DNA of 64,000 nucleotides from an uncultured Nitrosopumilales archaeon (GTDB taxonomy: Archaea; Thermoproteota; Nitrososphaeria; Nitrososphaerales; Gagatemarchaeaceae): assembly GCA_964413565.1 (NCBI GenBank), contig CAYPSJ010000020.1:2947-66946 (forward strand), in the 5' to 3' direction. The translations under genes were made by a program, and so were the position numbers. Under the pieces are notes generated by a model that was given only the letters and a program-made list of their open reading frames with translations, was not told the DNA's origin and did not search any database. Below, piece after piece: positions 28,684-37,117 of this stretch (position 1 is its first letter; each line of letters starts with the position of its first letter).

Positions 28684-30060
28684 CTATGAAAGCCGCTTGA
28701 GTGCTTCTTCGAACGCTTGGACTGTGGTGGCGATGTCTTCCTCGGTGTGGACTGTTGAAACTGCAACTCTTTCGTAGTTGTCGGGGTGCAGGTAAACTCC
28801 ACCGTCGAGTAGTAGCTGGTGGAGCGTCCGGAACTTGTCCCAATCAATCAGGAGGCTTTCCCTGTAATTCGATATCTTGGAGTGTTTCGTGAAACAGAGC
28901 GAGAAAATCCCTGGTACGCTTTGTATGCATGCCTTCTGCTTCGCCGCCTGAACGGCACGGGACAGACCCGCCGTGAGCTTCTCTGTGTTCTCCTTCAGCG
29001 TCTTCAGGGCGCGGTAGTCGTCCGCTGCAAGGACATCCAGGTTCGCCAAAGTTCCTGCAAGTGTCAACGAGTTCGCGAAGTATGTTCCTCCATAGGAAAC
29101 CTTCCCTGGGGCGAGCAGGTCCATGTACTCTTTCTTGCCGGACAGCGCAGCAATCGGGAGCCCCCCTCCTAGCGCCTTGCCCCATGTGGAGAGATCCGGA
29201 GTCACGCCGTATACTTGTTGAGCTCCGCCAGGCGCCATTCTGAAGCCTGTGATCACTTCGTCGAAGATGAGAAGAGCGTCGTTGGAGGTAGCAATCTCTC
29301 TGACCGCCTTGGGGTAGTCGGCTTCCGGTGGAATCACGGTCGAGTTCGCCATCACGGGCTCCATGATTATTGCTGCAATTTCGTTTCTATGTCGCTTCAT
29401 TATCCTCTCCAGTGCTTTCGCATTGTTCCAGGGAGATACCACGACTGTATCCAGAACCATTGACGGTATCCCTGCCGAGTAGGGAAGAGACCTTGGATAC
29501 TCTTCCATTCCTGCTACCACAGGAGGTGCTTCGACACTCACCATCGCGTAGTCGTGCTGTCCGTGGTAGTGACCTTCGAACTTCAATATGGTGTCCTTCC
29601 CCGTAGCCGCCCTGGCAATTCTGATCGCGTTGCTTGTTGCATCGGCCCCACCATTGGCGAAGACAACCATGTCTGATGTGGGAACGAATTGCTTGAACTT
29701 CTTCGCGAGTTCCACTTCGAGCTCCGTTGGCGCACCAAACATCATTCCTTCCTGTGCCTGTCGCCTGATTGCTTCGACTATCTTCGGATGGGCGTGACCG
29801 TTGATTAGAGCACCATACCCGAGTAGGTAATCCGTGTACGTGTTGCCATCGACATCAGTGATTTTGGACCCATATCCGCTTTGCATGTAAAGCGGGTATG
29901 GTTCGTAAGAAGCCCACCGAATGATGGAACTGCAACCGCCTGGGATGAGCTGGACGGCCTGCTCATGCAGCGCTGCGGTCTTCGCAGTGCTGCGAACCTT
30001 TGAAGCGGCTACTGTCGGCGTAACGACCGTCTGTTCAGGAGGCTGGGTTGTGGAAGACAA
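28684..30060 (-). CDS. class-III PLP aminotransferase, glutamate-1-semialdehyde aminomutase-like subgroup
   Basis: DVDGNTYTDY, NGHAHP, FDEVITGFR, DLSTWGKALGGGLP. Confidence 0.8.
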   Translation of the reverse strand: MSSTTQPPEQTVVTPTVAASKVRSTAKTAALHEQAVQLIPGGCSSIIRWASYEPYPLYMQSGYGSKITDVDGNTYTDYLLGYGALINGHAHPKIVEAIRRQAQEGMMFGAPTELEVELAKKFKQFVPTSDMVVFANGGADATSNAIRIARAATGKDTILKFEGHYHGQHDYAMVSVEAPPVVAGMEEYPRSLPYSAGIPSMVLDTVVVSPWNNAKALERIMKRHRNEIAAIIMEPVMANSTVIPPEADYPKAVREIATSNDALLIFDEVITGFRMAPGGAQQVYGVTPDLSTWGKALGGGLPIAALSGKKEYMDLLAPGKVSYGGTYFANSLTLAGTLANLDVLAADDYRALKTLKENTEKLTAGLSRAVQAAKQKACIQSVPGIFSLCFTKHSKISNYRESLLIDWDKFRTLHQLLLDGGVYLHPDNYERVAVSTVHTEEDIATTVQAFEEALKRLS

Positions 30061-30074
30061 GCCCTCACTCTCCT

Positions 30075-30284
30075 CTAGGCTCCTCCGTTTCCGTTCTGAG
30101 AGCTCCTCTTGTGCTTCTTACCCAAGCGCTTCCTCGATACAACCTTCAAACGGATGAGAACGTAGTTCCCTTCCTCAATCCGGAGCAGCTTTCGTATCTC
30201 TTCAGGAATAGTGAGCCTTCCTCCCTTAATGACTTCGGCAATGAAAGGCATCTCTTCCTCGGCCACCGTTTCAGCCAATGACAA
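30075..30284 (-). CDS. AbrB/MazE/SpoVT-type DNA-binding domain protein
   Basis: 69 aa. GGRLTIPEEIRKLLRIEEGNYVLIRL is a SpoVT-AbrB swapped-hairpin motif, followed by a basic tail. It lies 14 nt upstream of the aminotransferase on the same strand. Confidence 0.65.
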   Translation of the reverse strand: MSLAETVAEEEMPFIAEVIKGGRLTIPEEIRKLLRIEEGNYVLIRLKVVSRKRLGKKHKRSSQNGNGGA

Positions 30285-30530
30285 TCCAATTCTCCCCCAC
30301 TTACTGCATTATCGAGAATTGTATAAAAACGTTCTTTTCCTCCATATTTATACGTTGACTGCTGTTTTGCGACCTCCTGCGTATCTCGCAACGTGTTCTA
30401 TACATAATTCCTACTAATACACCATTTTTTGGAGCCCTAATACGTTTGGGGCGGATACCCGGTTTGGCATCGACCGTGGTTTTTCTCGAAACCCTTATCT
30501 CAACCAGAACCCCTTCCGTGACCGATTGCT
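30285..30530. promoter_or_regulatory. AT-rich divergent control region between the abrB-like gene and the aldehyde dehydrogenase
   Basis: 246 nt, clearly AT-richer than the surroundings. It carries several TATA-like elements (GTATAAAAAC, ATATTTATAC, TCTATACATAA) and recurring ATACGTT/AAACGTT motifs. Confidence 0.5.
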
Positions 30531-32033
30531 ATGCTCGCGACTCAGCAACGGATGATGGTTGGGGGGGAGTGGGTCTCTGCGGCCAGCGGTGAGACCTACG
30601 ACGTTCTGAATCCTGCGACCACCGAAGTCATGGCCAAGGTGCCGAAGGGGGGTAGGGAGGATGCCTCCCGGGCCGTCGACGCTGCGAGGGAGGCGTTCGA
30701 CAAGGGACCCTGGCCCAAGATGACCCCTGCTGACCGCGCGAAGATCATCTGGAAAATCGCTGATCTGGTCGAAGCCGACATCGACAGGCTCGCCCTTCTG
30801 GAGACCATGAACCAGGGCAAGACGATCAAGATGGCCCACGACAACGACTTCCCCTCTGGGATTGACAACATCAGGTTCATGGCCGGGGCGTCAAGGAATC
30901 TCGAGGGAAAGGCGGCTTCAGAATACACAGGGCTAGGCACCACCATATTCAGAAGGGAACCTGTGGGCGTCGTAGTATGCATCACACCCTGGAACTACCC
31001 TTGGATGATGGCCGTCTGGAAGGCCGTCCCTGCCCTCGCTGCAGGGAACACGATCATAATCAAACCTGCCAGCGTGACACCCCTGACGACGATCGAGTTC
31101 GCAAAGGTGATGGAGAAGGCGGGCGTCCCCAAGGGGGCAGTCAGTGTCGTGACCGGCCCCGGCTCGACGGTCGGGGAGGCACTCGTGACCCACCCAGGGG
31201 TGGACGTGGTGGGGCTCACGGGGGACACGGTCACAGGAAGCAGAATAATGGACCTGGCCTCTCACACCGTCAAGCGACTTCAGCTTGAGCTAGGAGGGAA
31301 GGCGCCTTTCATCGTTCTTGAGGACGCGGACATCGATGCCGCCACGGAAGGGGCAGTGGTGGGCGGCTACGTCAACGGCGGCCAGGACTGCACCGCGGCG
31401 ACCAGGGTCTACGTCCATGAGAGCGTGTACGACAGATTCATGAAGCGTTTCATCGAGAAGGCAGGCAAGATACGGATCGGGGATCCCACAAAGCGTGATG
31501 TGGACATGGGTCCACTCGTCTCTGAGGCACAGCGCCACAAGGTGGAAGAGATGGTCAGTGCTGGTCAGAGTGAGGGAGCGAAGCTGGTCATCGGAGGCAA
31601 GCGCCCGTCTCTCCCTGGTCCTCTGGGCAAAGGATTCTACTACGAACCAACCATATTCACCGGAGTTCAGCAGAACATGCGAATCTGTCAGGAGGAGATA
31701 TTCGGTCCCGTGATCTGCGTCTCGACCATAACTTCATTCGAGGATGCCATAGAGAAGGCGAACGACGTGATCTACGGGCTCGCCGCATCCATCTGGACAA
31801 GGGATGTGAGCAAGGCAATGAAAGCCGGCGCGCAACTGAGATTCGGGGATGTCTGGGTCAACGACCATCTCCCGCTGGCGTCAGAGATGCCGCATGGAGG
31901 GTTCAAGCAGAGCGGCCATGGGAAGGACCTGTCGGCCTACACATTCGACGACTACACCCAGGTCAAGTTCGTGTACATCGACACGACCGATGCCGTCCGG
32001 AAGCCCTGGTACTACACCATCTACGGCGACTAA
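30531..32033 (+). CDS. aldehyde dehydrogenase, gamma-aminobutyraldehyde/betaine-aldehyde dehydrogenase-like
   Basis: ITPWNYP, QLELGGKAP, NGGQDCTAATR (the GQDCTAA catalytic-Cys context resembles PatD/YdcW-type enzymes), EEIFGP. Confidence 0.8.
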   Translation: MLATQQRMMVGGEWVSAASGETYDVLNPATTEVMAKVPKGGREDASRAVDAAREAFDKGPWPKMTPADRAKIIWKIADLVEADIDRLALLETMNQGKTIKMAHDNDFPSGIDNIRFMAGASRNLEGKAASEYTGLGTTIFRREPVGVVVCITPWNYPWMMAVWKAVPALAAGNTIIIKPASVTPLTTIEFAKVMEKAGVPKGAVSVVTGPGSTVGEALVTHPGVDVVGLTGDTVTGSRIMDLASHTVKRLQLELGGKAPFIVLEDADIDAATEGAVVGGYVNGGQDCTAATRVYVHESVYDRFMKRFIEKAGKIRIGDPTKRDVDMGPLVSEAQRHKVEEMVSAGQSEGAKLVIGGKRPSLPGPLGKGFYYEPTIFTGVQQNMRICQEEIFGPVICVSTITSFEDAIEKANDVIYGLAASIWTRDVSKAMKAGAQLRFGDVWVNDHLPLASEMPHGGFKQSGHGKDLSAYTFDDYTQVKFVYIDTTDAVRKPWYYTIYGD

Positions 32034-32164
32034 ACCGTTCCACGGGACAAACCACAGTTCCGGGCGAGGGAGGAATAGGCGAGATTCCGCCAGTCGGAAT
32101 GCATCAGAACCGGCTCTTCATCACTGTGACGCCGCGAGCGACCGAGGTCTAAACGTTTAATCCA

Positions 32165-32602
32165 GTGTCCGCCATCCACCTTGAGCGATTGACAAGAACC
32201 GAGACGTGGGAGCTTCTGGGCCTGCTTCTGACGTCAGGGGGATCGGCCTTCGGGTTGATCTATGCCGCGCCCGACCTGGCTAGCCTGACCTTCTCTCTGA
32301 GGGGACCAGTGACTTTCTCCATCAGCGCCGAGGCTGCCCTGGGGCTTGCGGGCTTGGCACTGACAGCTCTAGGTTCGCTGGTGGCGATGCTGATGGGTCA
32401 GCTCAAGCCCCCGGGGAACAACATCGGTGCGCTTCTCGTCATATGGACCAATCTTGTGGTGCTGGTTCTGGGTGACGTCCTGTTCTACTCGGGGTATCTG
32501 GCGGGCACCGACATACTCGTAGGGTTGGTCTCTGCCGGTCTAACAACGGCCACTCTCCTAATCGTTGCAGGTAGACCTCGGGCCGCCGCGCCGCTAAACT
32601 AA
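32165..32602 (+). CDS. small integral membrane protein
   Basis: 145 aa, 4 hydrophobic segments, GTG start. Confidence 0.4.
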   Translation: MSAIHLERLTRTETWELLGLLLTSGGSAFGLIYAAPDLASLTFSLRGPVTFSISAEAALGLAGLALTALGSLVAMLMGQLKPPGNNIGALLVIWTNLVVLVLGDVLFYSGYLAGTDILVGLVSAGLTTATLLIVAGRPRAAAPLN

Positions 32603-33021
32603 CGTCGAACCCGTTTCTGCTCTGCAGGGCTCCGTTGGAGAGGGCCATTACGTTTCCGCCATTCGCCGTACCTCACAAACAGATTCCACGTCTACAATCC
32701 TTAAACGGAAACTGGGCTGGTAACTCAAGGAATCATGGATAGGAAGGGACTGAGCCTTCTGAGCAGCAACTTCAACGCGTACATAGTGCCACTTCTGAAC
32801 AAGGGCGACCCAGAGGATTACCACGTAATCTGGGAGTTCCAAAAGCTGTTCCACGCCAAGAGGTTGGAGATCATGGCTGCCGAGTCGAAGAGTGCGAAAG
32901 ATCGCAGAGATTGGTCACAAGACGGCTGAAGCTCTGAAGCTCGAATCCTGGAAGATGCCCGCCAAATCATGCGGGAGCTCGAATCAGAACTTGTAAATAG
33001 CTAGGACAGTTCACAAAGCCA

Positions 33022-34605
33022 ATGGAGCTTCATGGCTCCACGGAGTCCGTCTGTCCTTTGGACGCAGAGAACGGGGACTGGAGGAGGATAGAGGCGAAAC
33101 TATGGATTGACCGCCCCACAAACGAAGTCTGGATGACCAAACACTGCGACCGCCACGGCGACTTCCAGGACCTCATCTCCACGGACGCCGACGAATACGT
33201 CAGGGCCGAGAGGTTCGCTCAGAAGGGGCCAGGCATCCAGAACCCGATTTCCTACACCAATGGCGAGTGTCCGACCCGATGCGGCCTTTGCTTCGAGCAC
33301 GAGTCGAAGACAGTCCTTGCGATAATCGACGTGACCAACCGATGCAACATGAGGTGTCCTGTCTGCTTCGCCAACGCAGGGACGGCCGGGTATGTGTACG
33401 AGCCCACAGTCGAGCAGATTGACAGGATGCTCGAGACCGCGACAAGGGTGAACTTCCCCAAGGGAATCCACGCCCTCCAGCTTTCAGGAGGCGAACCCAC
33501 CGTAAGGGAAGACCTCCCGGAAATCATCAGGTTGGTTAAGTGCCACGGCATCAACCACATCGAAGTGAACACAAACGGGCTTAAGGTAGGGGACCCGCAT
33601 ACAGGAACCGACTACCTGAAGACACTCATGGACGCAGGAGTCTCCACACTCTACCTTCAGTTTGACGGGCTCACCCCGGACCCCAGACTTGTCGCCAGAG
33701 TCCCCGGCACAGACGAAAAGGGTAGGTCCATGTCTGAGGCGGGCAGGAAGAAGCTCGCCGAATACTACACTGAACGCCAGCTGAATGTGGCCAACAGCGC
33801 GAGGAAGGCGGGGTTCGAGAGCATCGTCCTTGTGGTAACCCTTCAGCGCGGCTTGAACGACGGCCAGATGGGTGATATCTTGAGGTACGCCGGGGAGAAC
33901 TCTGACGTCGTGAGATGTGTCAACTTCCAGCCAGTTTCGATGGCCGGGAGGATGGACAGGAACAAGATACGTGAGGTCAGAATAACCAACGCAGACGTGG
34001 TGAACGGCGTCGAAAGACAGACCGGCGGCCAGATAAAGGCGAGCGACTTCTACCCGATCCCTGTAGAGGTGCCCCTGGCCAGCTATATCGAGCTCGTCAG
34101 AGGCAACAAGGACCACTACGACAGGTTCTCAACTCACTCGCAGTGCGGAAGAGCGACGCTGGTCTACGTCAGCAAGAAGGACGGCCAAGTGACCTTCGAC
34201 CCGATTACAAGGCACATGAACGCCGATGGGCTCTACTCTTCACTGGACAAGGCGGGCAGGAGCGGACGCTTCGTAGGTACCCTCCGTGGGTTGTCAGGCG
34301 TCCTCAGGCACACCGATTGGAGGATGAAGCGGGATATGATTGGTCCGATCCTCATGAGGGGGAACTACGAGGGAACAGGGGAGTTCATGAGGAAGGTCTT
34401 GATGATAGGAGACATGCACTTCATGGACACCTACAACTTCGACTTCCAGAGGGTCCACAAGTGCGCCATCCACTACCTGGTCCCTGACGAGAAGTTCGGC
34501 GCCAGAGTCATCCCATTCTGCACCATGAACAACTTTCACAGGCCCCAGGTCGAAAAGCAATACTCTGTACCGCTGATTTCAGCGCGTCCTGTGGGTCGCG
34601 TCTAG
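33022..34605 (+). CDS. radical SAM protein, candidate tetraether lipid synthase (Tes/GDGT-MAS; MJ0619-like) family
   Basis: TNRCNMRCPVCFA (CxxxCxxC) is preceded by CPTRCGLCFEH and by an N-terminal CP...KHCDRHG element, then LSGGEPT. Size (527 aa) and domain order match my recollection of the Tes family. Confidence 0.55.
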   Translation: MELHGSTESVCPLDAENGDWRRIEAKLWIDRPTNEVWMTKHCDRHGDFQDLISTDADEYVRAERFAQKGPGIQNPISYTNGECPTRCGLCFEHESKTVLAIIDVTNRCNMRCPVCFANAGTAGYVYEPTVEQIDRMLETATRVNFPKGIHALQLSGGEPTVREDLPEIIRLVKCHGINHIEVNTNGLKVGDPHTGTDYLKTLMDAGVSTLYLQFDGLTPDPRLVARVPGTDEKGRSMSEAGRKKLAEYYTERQLNVANSARKAGFESIVLVVTLQRGLNDGQMGDILRYAGENSDVVRCVNFQPVSMAGRMDRNKIREVRITNADVVNGVERQTGGQIKASDFYPIPVEVPLASYIELVRGNKDHYDRFSTHSQCGRATLVYVSKKDGQVTFDPITRHMNADGLYSSLDKAGRSGRFVGTLRGLSGVLRHTDWRMKRDMIGPILMRGNYEGTGEFMRKVLMIGDMHFMDTYNFDFQRVHKCAIHYLVPDEKFGARVIPFCTMNNFHRPQVEKQYSVPLISARPVGRV

Positions 34606-34630
34606 CTCGAGTGATCCTGTTCTCCCGTTT

Positions 34631-35914
34631 TCACGGGTACAGCTGCTCCCCTGTGTCGGCGTCCTCTATCCGTATGACTCCGTAGGGGCACGACTGGGCA
34701 GCAAGGAATAGCGCCTCAGGTTCCGTCCCCCTAGACTTCAAGACTTCCAGCGGGGCGGGTTCGACAGCAGACGACCTCTTTTTTGCCCAGTCGAGGCGGA
34801 ACACCTTCGGCGCCATGGCTACACAACTGGCGGAACCCATGCAGAGATCCGCATCAATCCCTACCCTTACGTTTCTTCCCTCAACAAGGCTCCCAGTCCA
34901 CCAGGAGTCAGCGGCTCTCCTGAATTCAGGAATTTCGACACGAGTGGGCAGAGCGGGCAACCAGCGGGCAGCGGCAACAAGTTCCTTGGCCGTCGGCGCT
35001 GATTCGCTCCTCCCTTGTATCGCTTCGTCAATCCAAGAGCCCATCGTAAGGCGGTCCTGCTCGACCCCCATCCTGACATCCGCAATCCCTTTCAGAGTAC
35101 CGACCCACTGACGGAACTGCTCAGCTTCTCCAAAGTTGCCCGAGAACGCGGAGAACAGGGAGTAGTCTGGGTCCGACCTTGTATCACTCCATTGGTATGC
35201 TTCCCCCAGCCTCTCCACGATGACGGGATCCACCTGCCCTTTCCACGACCTGTCCCCGTAATGGACCACGAGCATGTACGACAGCCCTGCCATCTTCTGG
35301 AAGTCCATCTTCACTTCGAGGTAGAAGGCGTGTCCCTCAACAAGCCTCTCCATCCTCCTGTTGAGAGTCTTGGCGCTTATGCGTGCTTCCCTCGCCAGTG
35401 TCCCCAGCTTCCTTCTCGCTCCGCGTCGCAACGACCTAAGAATCCGCCAGTCAGTCGCAGTCATGACGAGCCAGAAAGGAGGGAACTTCGATTCTAGGAC
35501 CATGGTCCTCTTTGCCCCCGCGAGTCCTTCGATTTCGGCGACTATCCCCTCGTGCGACATGCTGCTAGGATAGTCTGCAAAAACGAGCAGGGAATCGTTG
35601 TGGAAATAGTGGAGCGCCATAACCCCCTCCACGGCACTCAGCCTTCCAATCAGCCCACTCCTGTCTGCACCGGGAGGGAGCTCGACATAGACCCCGACGC
35701 AGTCCTTCTCCAGGAGGTGGGGGTTCGGGACGATGGTCCATCCCTGGATCACACCTAGCGTTTCCATCCTGTCGACCCTTCTCCTTACGGTCTCTTCATC
35801 GACCTGCAGTCTCTTGGCGATTCTTGCGAAAGATTTCCTGACGTTCCACCTCGAAGCAGGATGCTGGAGTTCCCTGAGAATCCCTGCGTCCAGCCGGTCA
35901 GGCCGGTACAACAT
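34631..35914 (-). CDS. tandem Lrp/AsnC-type transcriptional regulator fused to a C-terminal mono-cluster ferredoxin domain
   Basis: Two HTH_AsnC-like modules: LDAGILRELQ...IAKRLQVDEETVRRRVDRMETLGVIQGW and TDWRILRSLRR...LAREARISAKTLNRRMERLVEG, each followed by a RAM-like segment. The C-terminal 90 aa read WWTG...DADLCMGSASCVAMAP...AAQSCPYGVIRIED (CxxSxxC...CP). Confidence 0.7.
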   Translation of the reverse strand: MLYRPDRLDAGILRELQHPASRWNVRKSFARIAKRLQVDEETVRRRVDRMETLGVIQGWTIVPNPHLLEKDCVGVYVELPPGADRSGLIGRLSAVEGVMALHYFHNDSLLVFADYPSSMSHEGIVAEIEGLAGAKRTMVLESKFPPFWLVMTATDWRILRSLRRGARRKLGTLAREARISAKTLNRRMERLVEGHAFYLEVKMDFQKMAGLSYMLVVHYGDRSWKGQVDPVIVERLGEAYQWSDTRSDPDYSLFSAFSGNFGEAEQFRQWVGTLKGIADVRMGVEQDRLTMGSWIDEAIQGRSESAPTAKELVAAARWLPALPTRVEIPEFRRAADSWWTGSLVEGRNVRVGIDADLCMGSASCVAMAPKVFRLDWAKKRSSAVEPAPLEVLKSRGTEPEALFLAAQSCPYGVIRIEDADTGEQLYP

Positions 35915-36154
35915 GATATAGGATTTTCACTAATCTATTAAGCGTTGTCAAGAATTTTGAGAATGTCCGATTTCCGGCGTAGCTGTAGGGCATCTGTTAA
36001 CCGATTCGAAGGTGGAATGGAGTGGCATGGCGAAAAGACTGACGACCAGAGCCGCTCTCCCGGCGCCACTTCTTTCTTCAAACGCTGTGAGAGCATCATT
36101 CTCGAGGCTGACGGAAGACTCCGTCAGGAGGTGAATCGTGCAAATTTGAAGACT

Positions 36155-36571
36155 ATGAGCCTGATTCTGTCAGTTGTCTTGCTGTTCTCTGCGGCGGTGG
36201 GAGGCTACATTCTAGCCACAGATTCGTATCTGTGGTCTGTGGCCACGACGCATGCCTACGGCCTCTTGGCATTCACGGTCATTGACGTGGCCTTGGTTGC
36301 CGGCCTGTGGAGAAAGCCGAGGGTGGCGATCGTAGCCGCAACCCTGCTCGGTCTGGTCCAGCTAGGGGCGATGAGCGGCGACATCTTCTTCGGCACAATG
36401 ACTTTCTCCTCTGACGTCACCACTGCCGCCGCCTTCTCGAAGTACCTCCTCGGCGATGTGGCCTTCGTGACCCTCCTCGGAATACAGGCTGTCCTCATCA
36501 TCGTCGGGATCGCGGCCTTTGTGTCGTGGAGAAGGGCTCCGGCCGTGATCAGAGAGGTCGCAGGGACATGA
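36155..36571 (+). CDS. integral membrane protein (4 TM), function unknown
   Basis: Start taken at ATG 36155 (MSLILSVVLLF); the ORF track begins at 35945. Its stop overlaps the cupredoxin ATG (ATGA). Confidence 0.5.
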   Translation: MSLILSVVLLFSAAVGGYILATDSYLWSVATTHAYGLLAFTVIDVALVAGLWRKPRVAIVAATLLGLVQLGAMSGDIFFGTMTFSSDVTTAAAFSKYLLGDVAFVTLLGIQAVLIIVGIAAFVSWRRAPAVIREVAGT

Positions 36572-37083
36572 GAGCTCCTGCAAAGAGGCATGGGCTAGGC
36601 ACAGGAGTCATTTTTGTCGTGGCGATGGCGTTCGTCGTCCTCCTTGCCGGCATTGCCTACTACGCGTCCACCGGCAGCGCACCCCCAACCTCGTCGCACC
36701 AGACGATGTCTCAAGCTTCGGCGGCTCCCACGACAACGACGTCTCCGGCCTCACCGACAACCTTGAGCGCCTCCGCACAACCAGAAATGGTGCACGTGAG
36801 CATGCCTTACGGCGTAGGTACCAACCAATCATTCAATTTCCAACCCAGCACAATCGACCTGGTCATAGGCATCAACAACACAGTGATGTGGACCAACAAA
36901 GACAGTGCACCCCACGTTGTCAGTGTAATGTCCGTTCCGAGCGGTGCGGCCAAGTTCGACTCCGGGAACATGGTGCCGGGCGCAACCTTCACGTACACCT
37001 TCACAGTTCCTGGCATCTACAAGTACGATTGCACGTACCACTACTGGATGCAAGGAACCATCGAAGTGAGTCAGGCAGCATAG
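36568..37083 (+). CDS. membrane-anchored type-1 (blue) copper protein, plastocyanin/halocyanin-like cupredoxin
   Basis: Start at ATG 36568 (MRAPAKRHG). It has a TM helix, a Ser/Thr/Pro linker, and Cu ligands in DSAPHVV (His) and YDCTYHYWM (Cys-x2-His-x2-Met). Confidence 0.75.
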   Translation: MRAPAKRHGLGTGVIFVVAMAFVVLLAGIAYYASTGSAPPTSSHQTMSQASAAPTTTTSPASPTTLSASAQPEMVHVSMPYGVGTNQSFNFQPSTIDLVIGINNTVMWTNKDSAPHVVSVMSVPSGAAKFDSGNMVPGATFTYTFTVPGIYKYDCTYHYWMQGTIEVSQAA

Positions 37084-37117
37084 GCTGTCTGACTCCAATT
37101 TGTTGAGCTGATCAACA

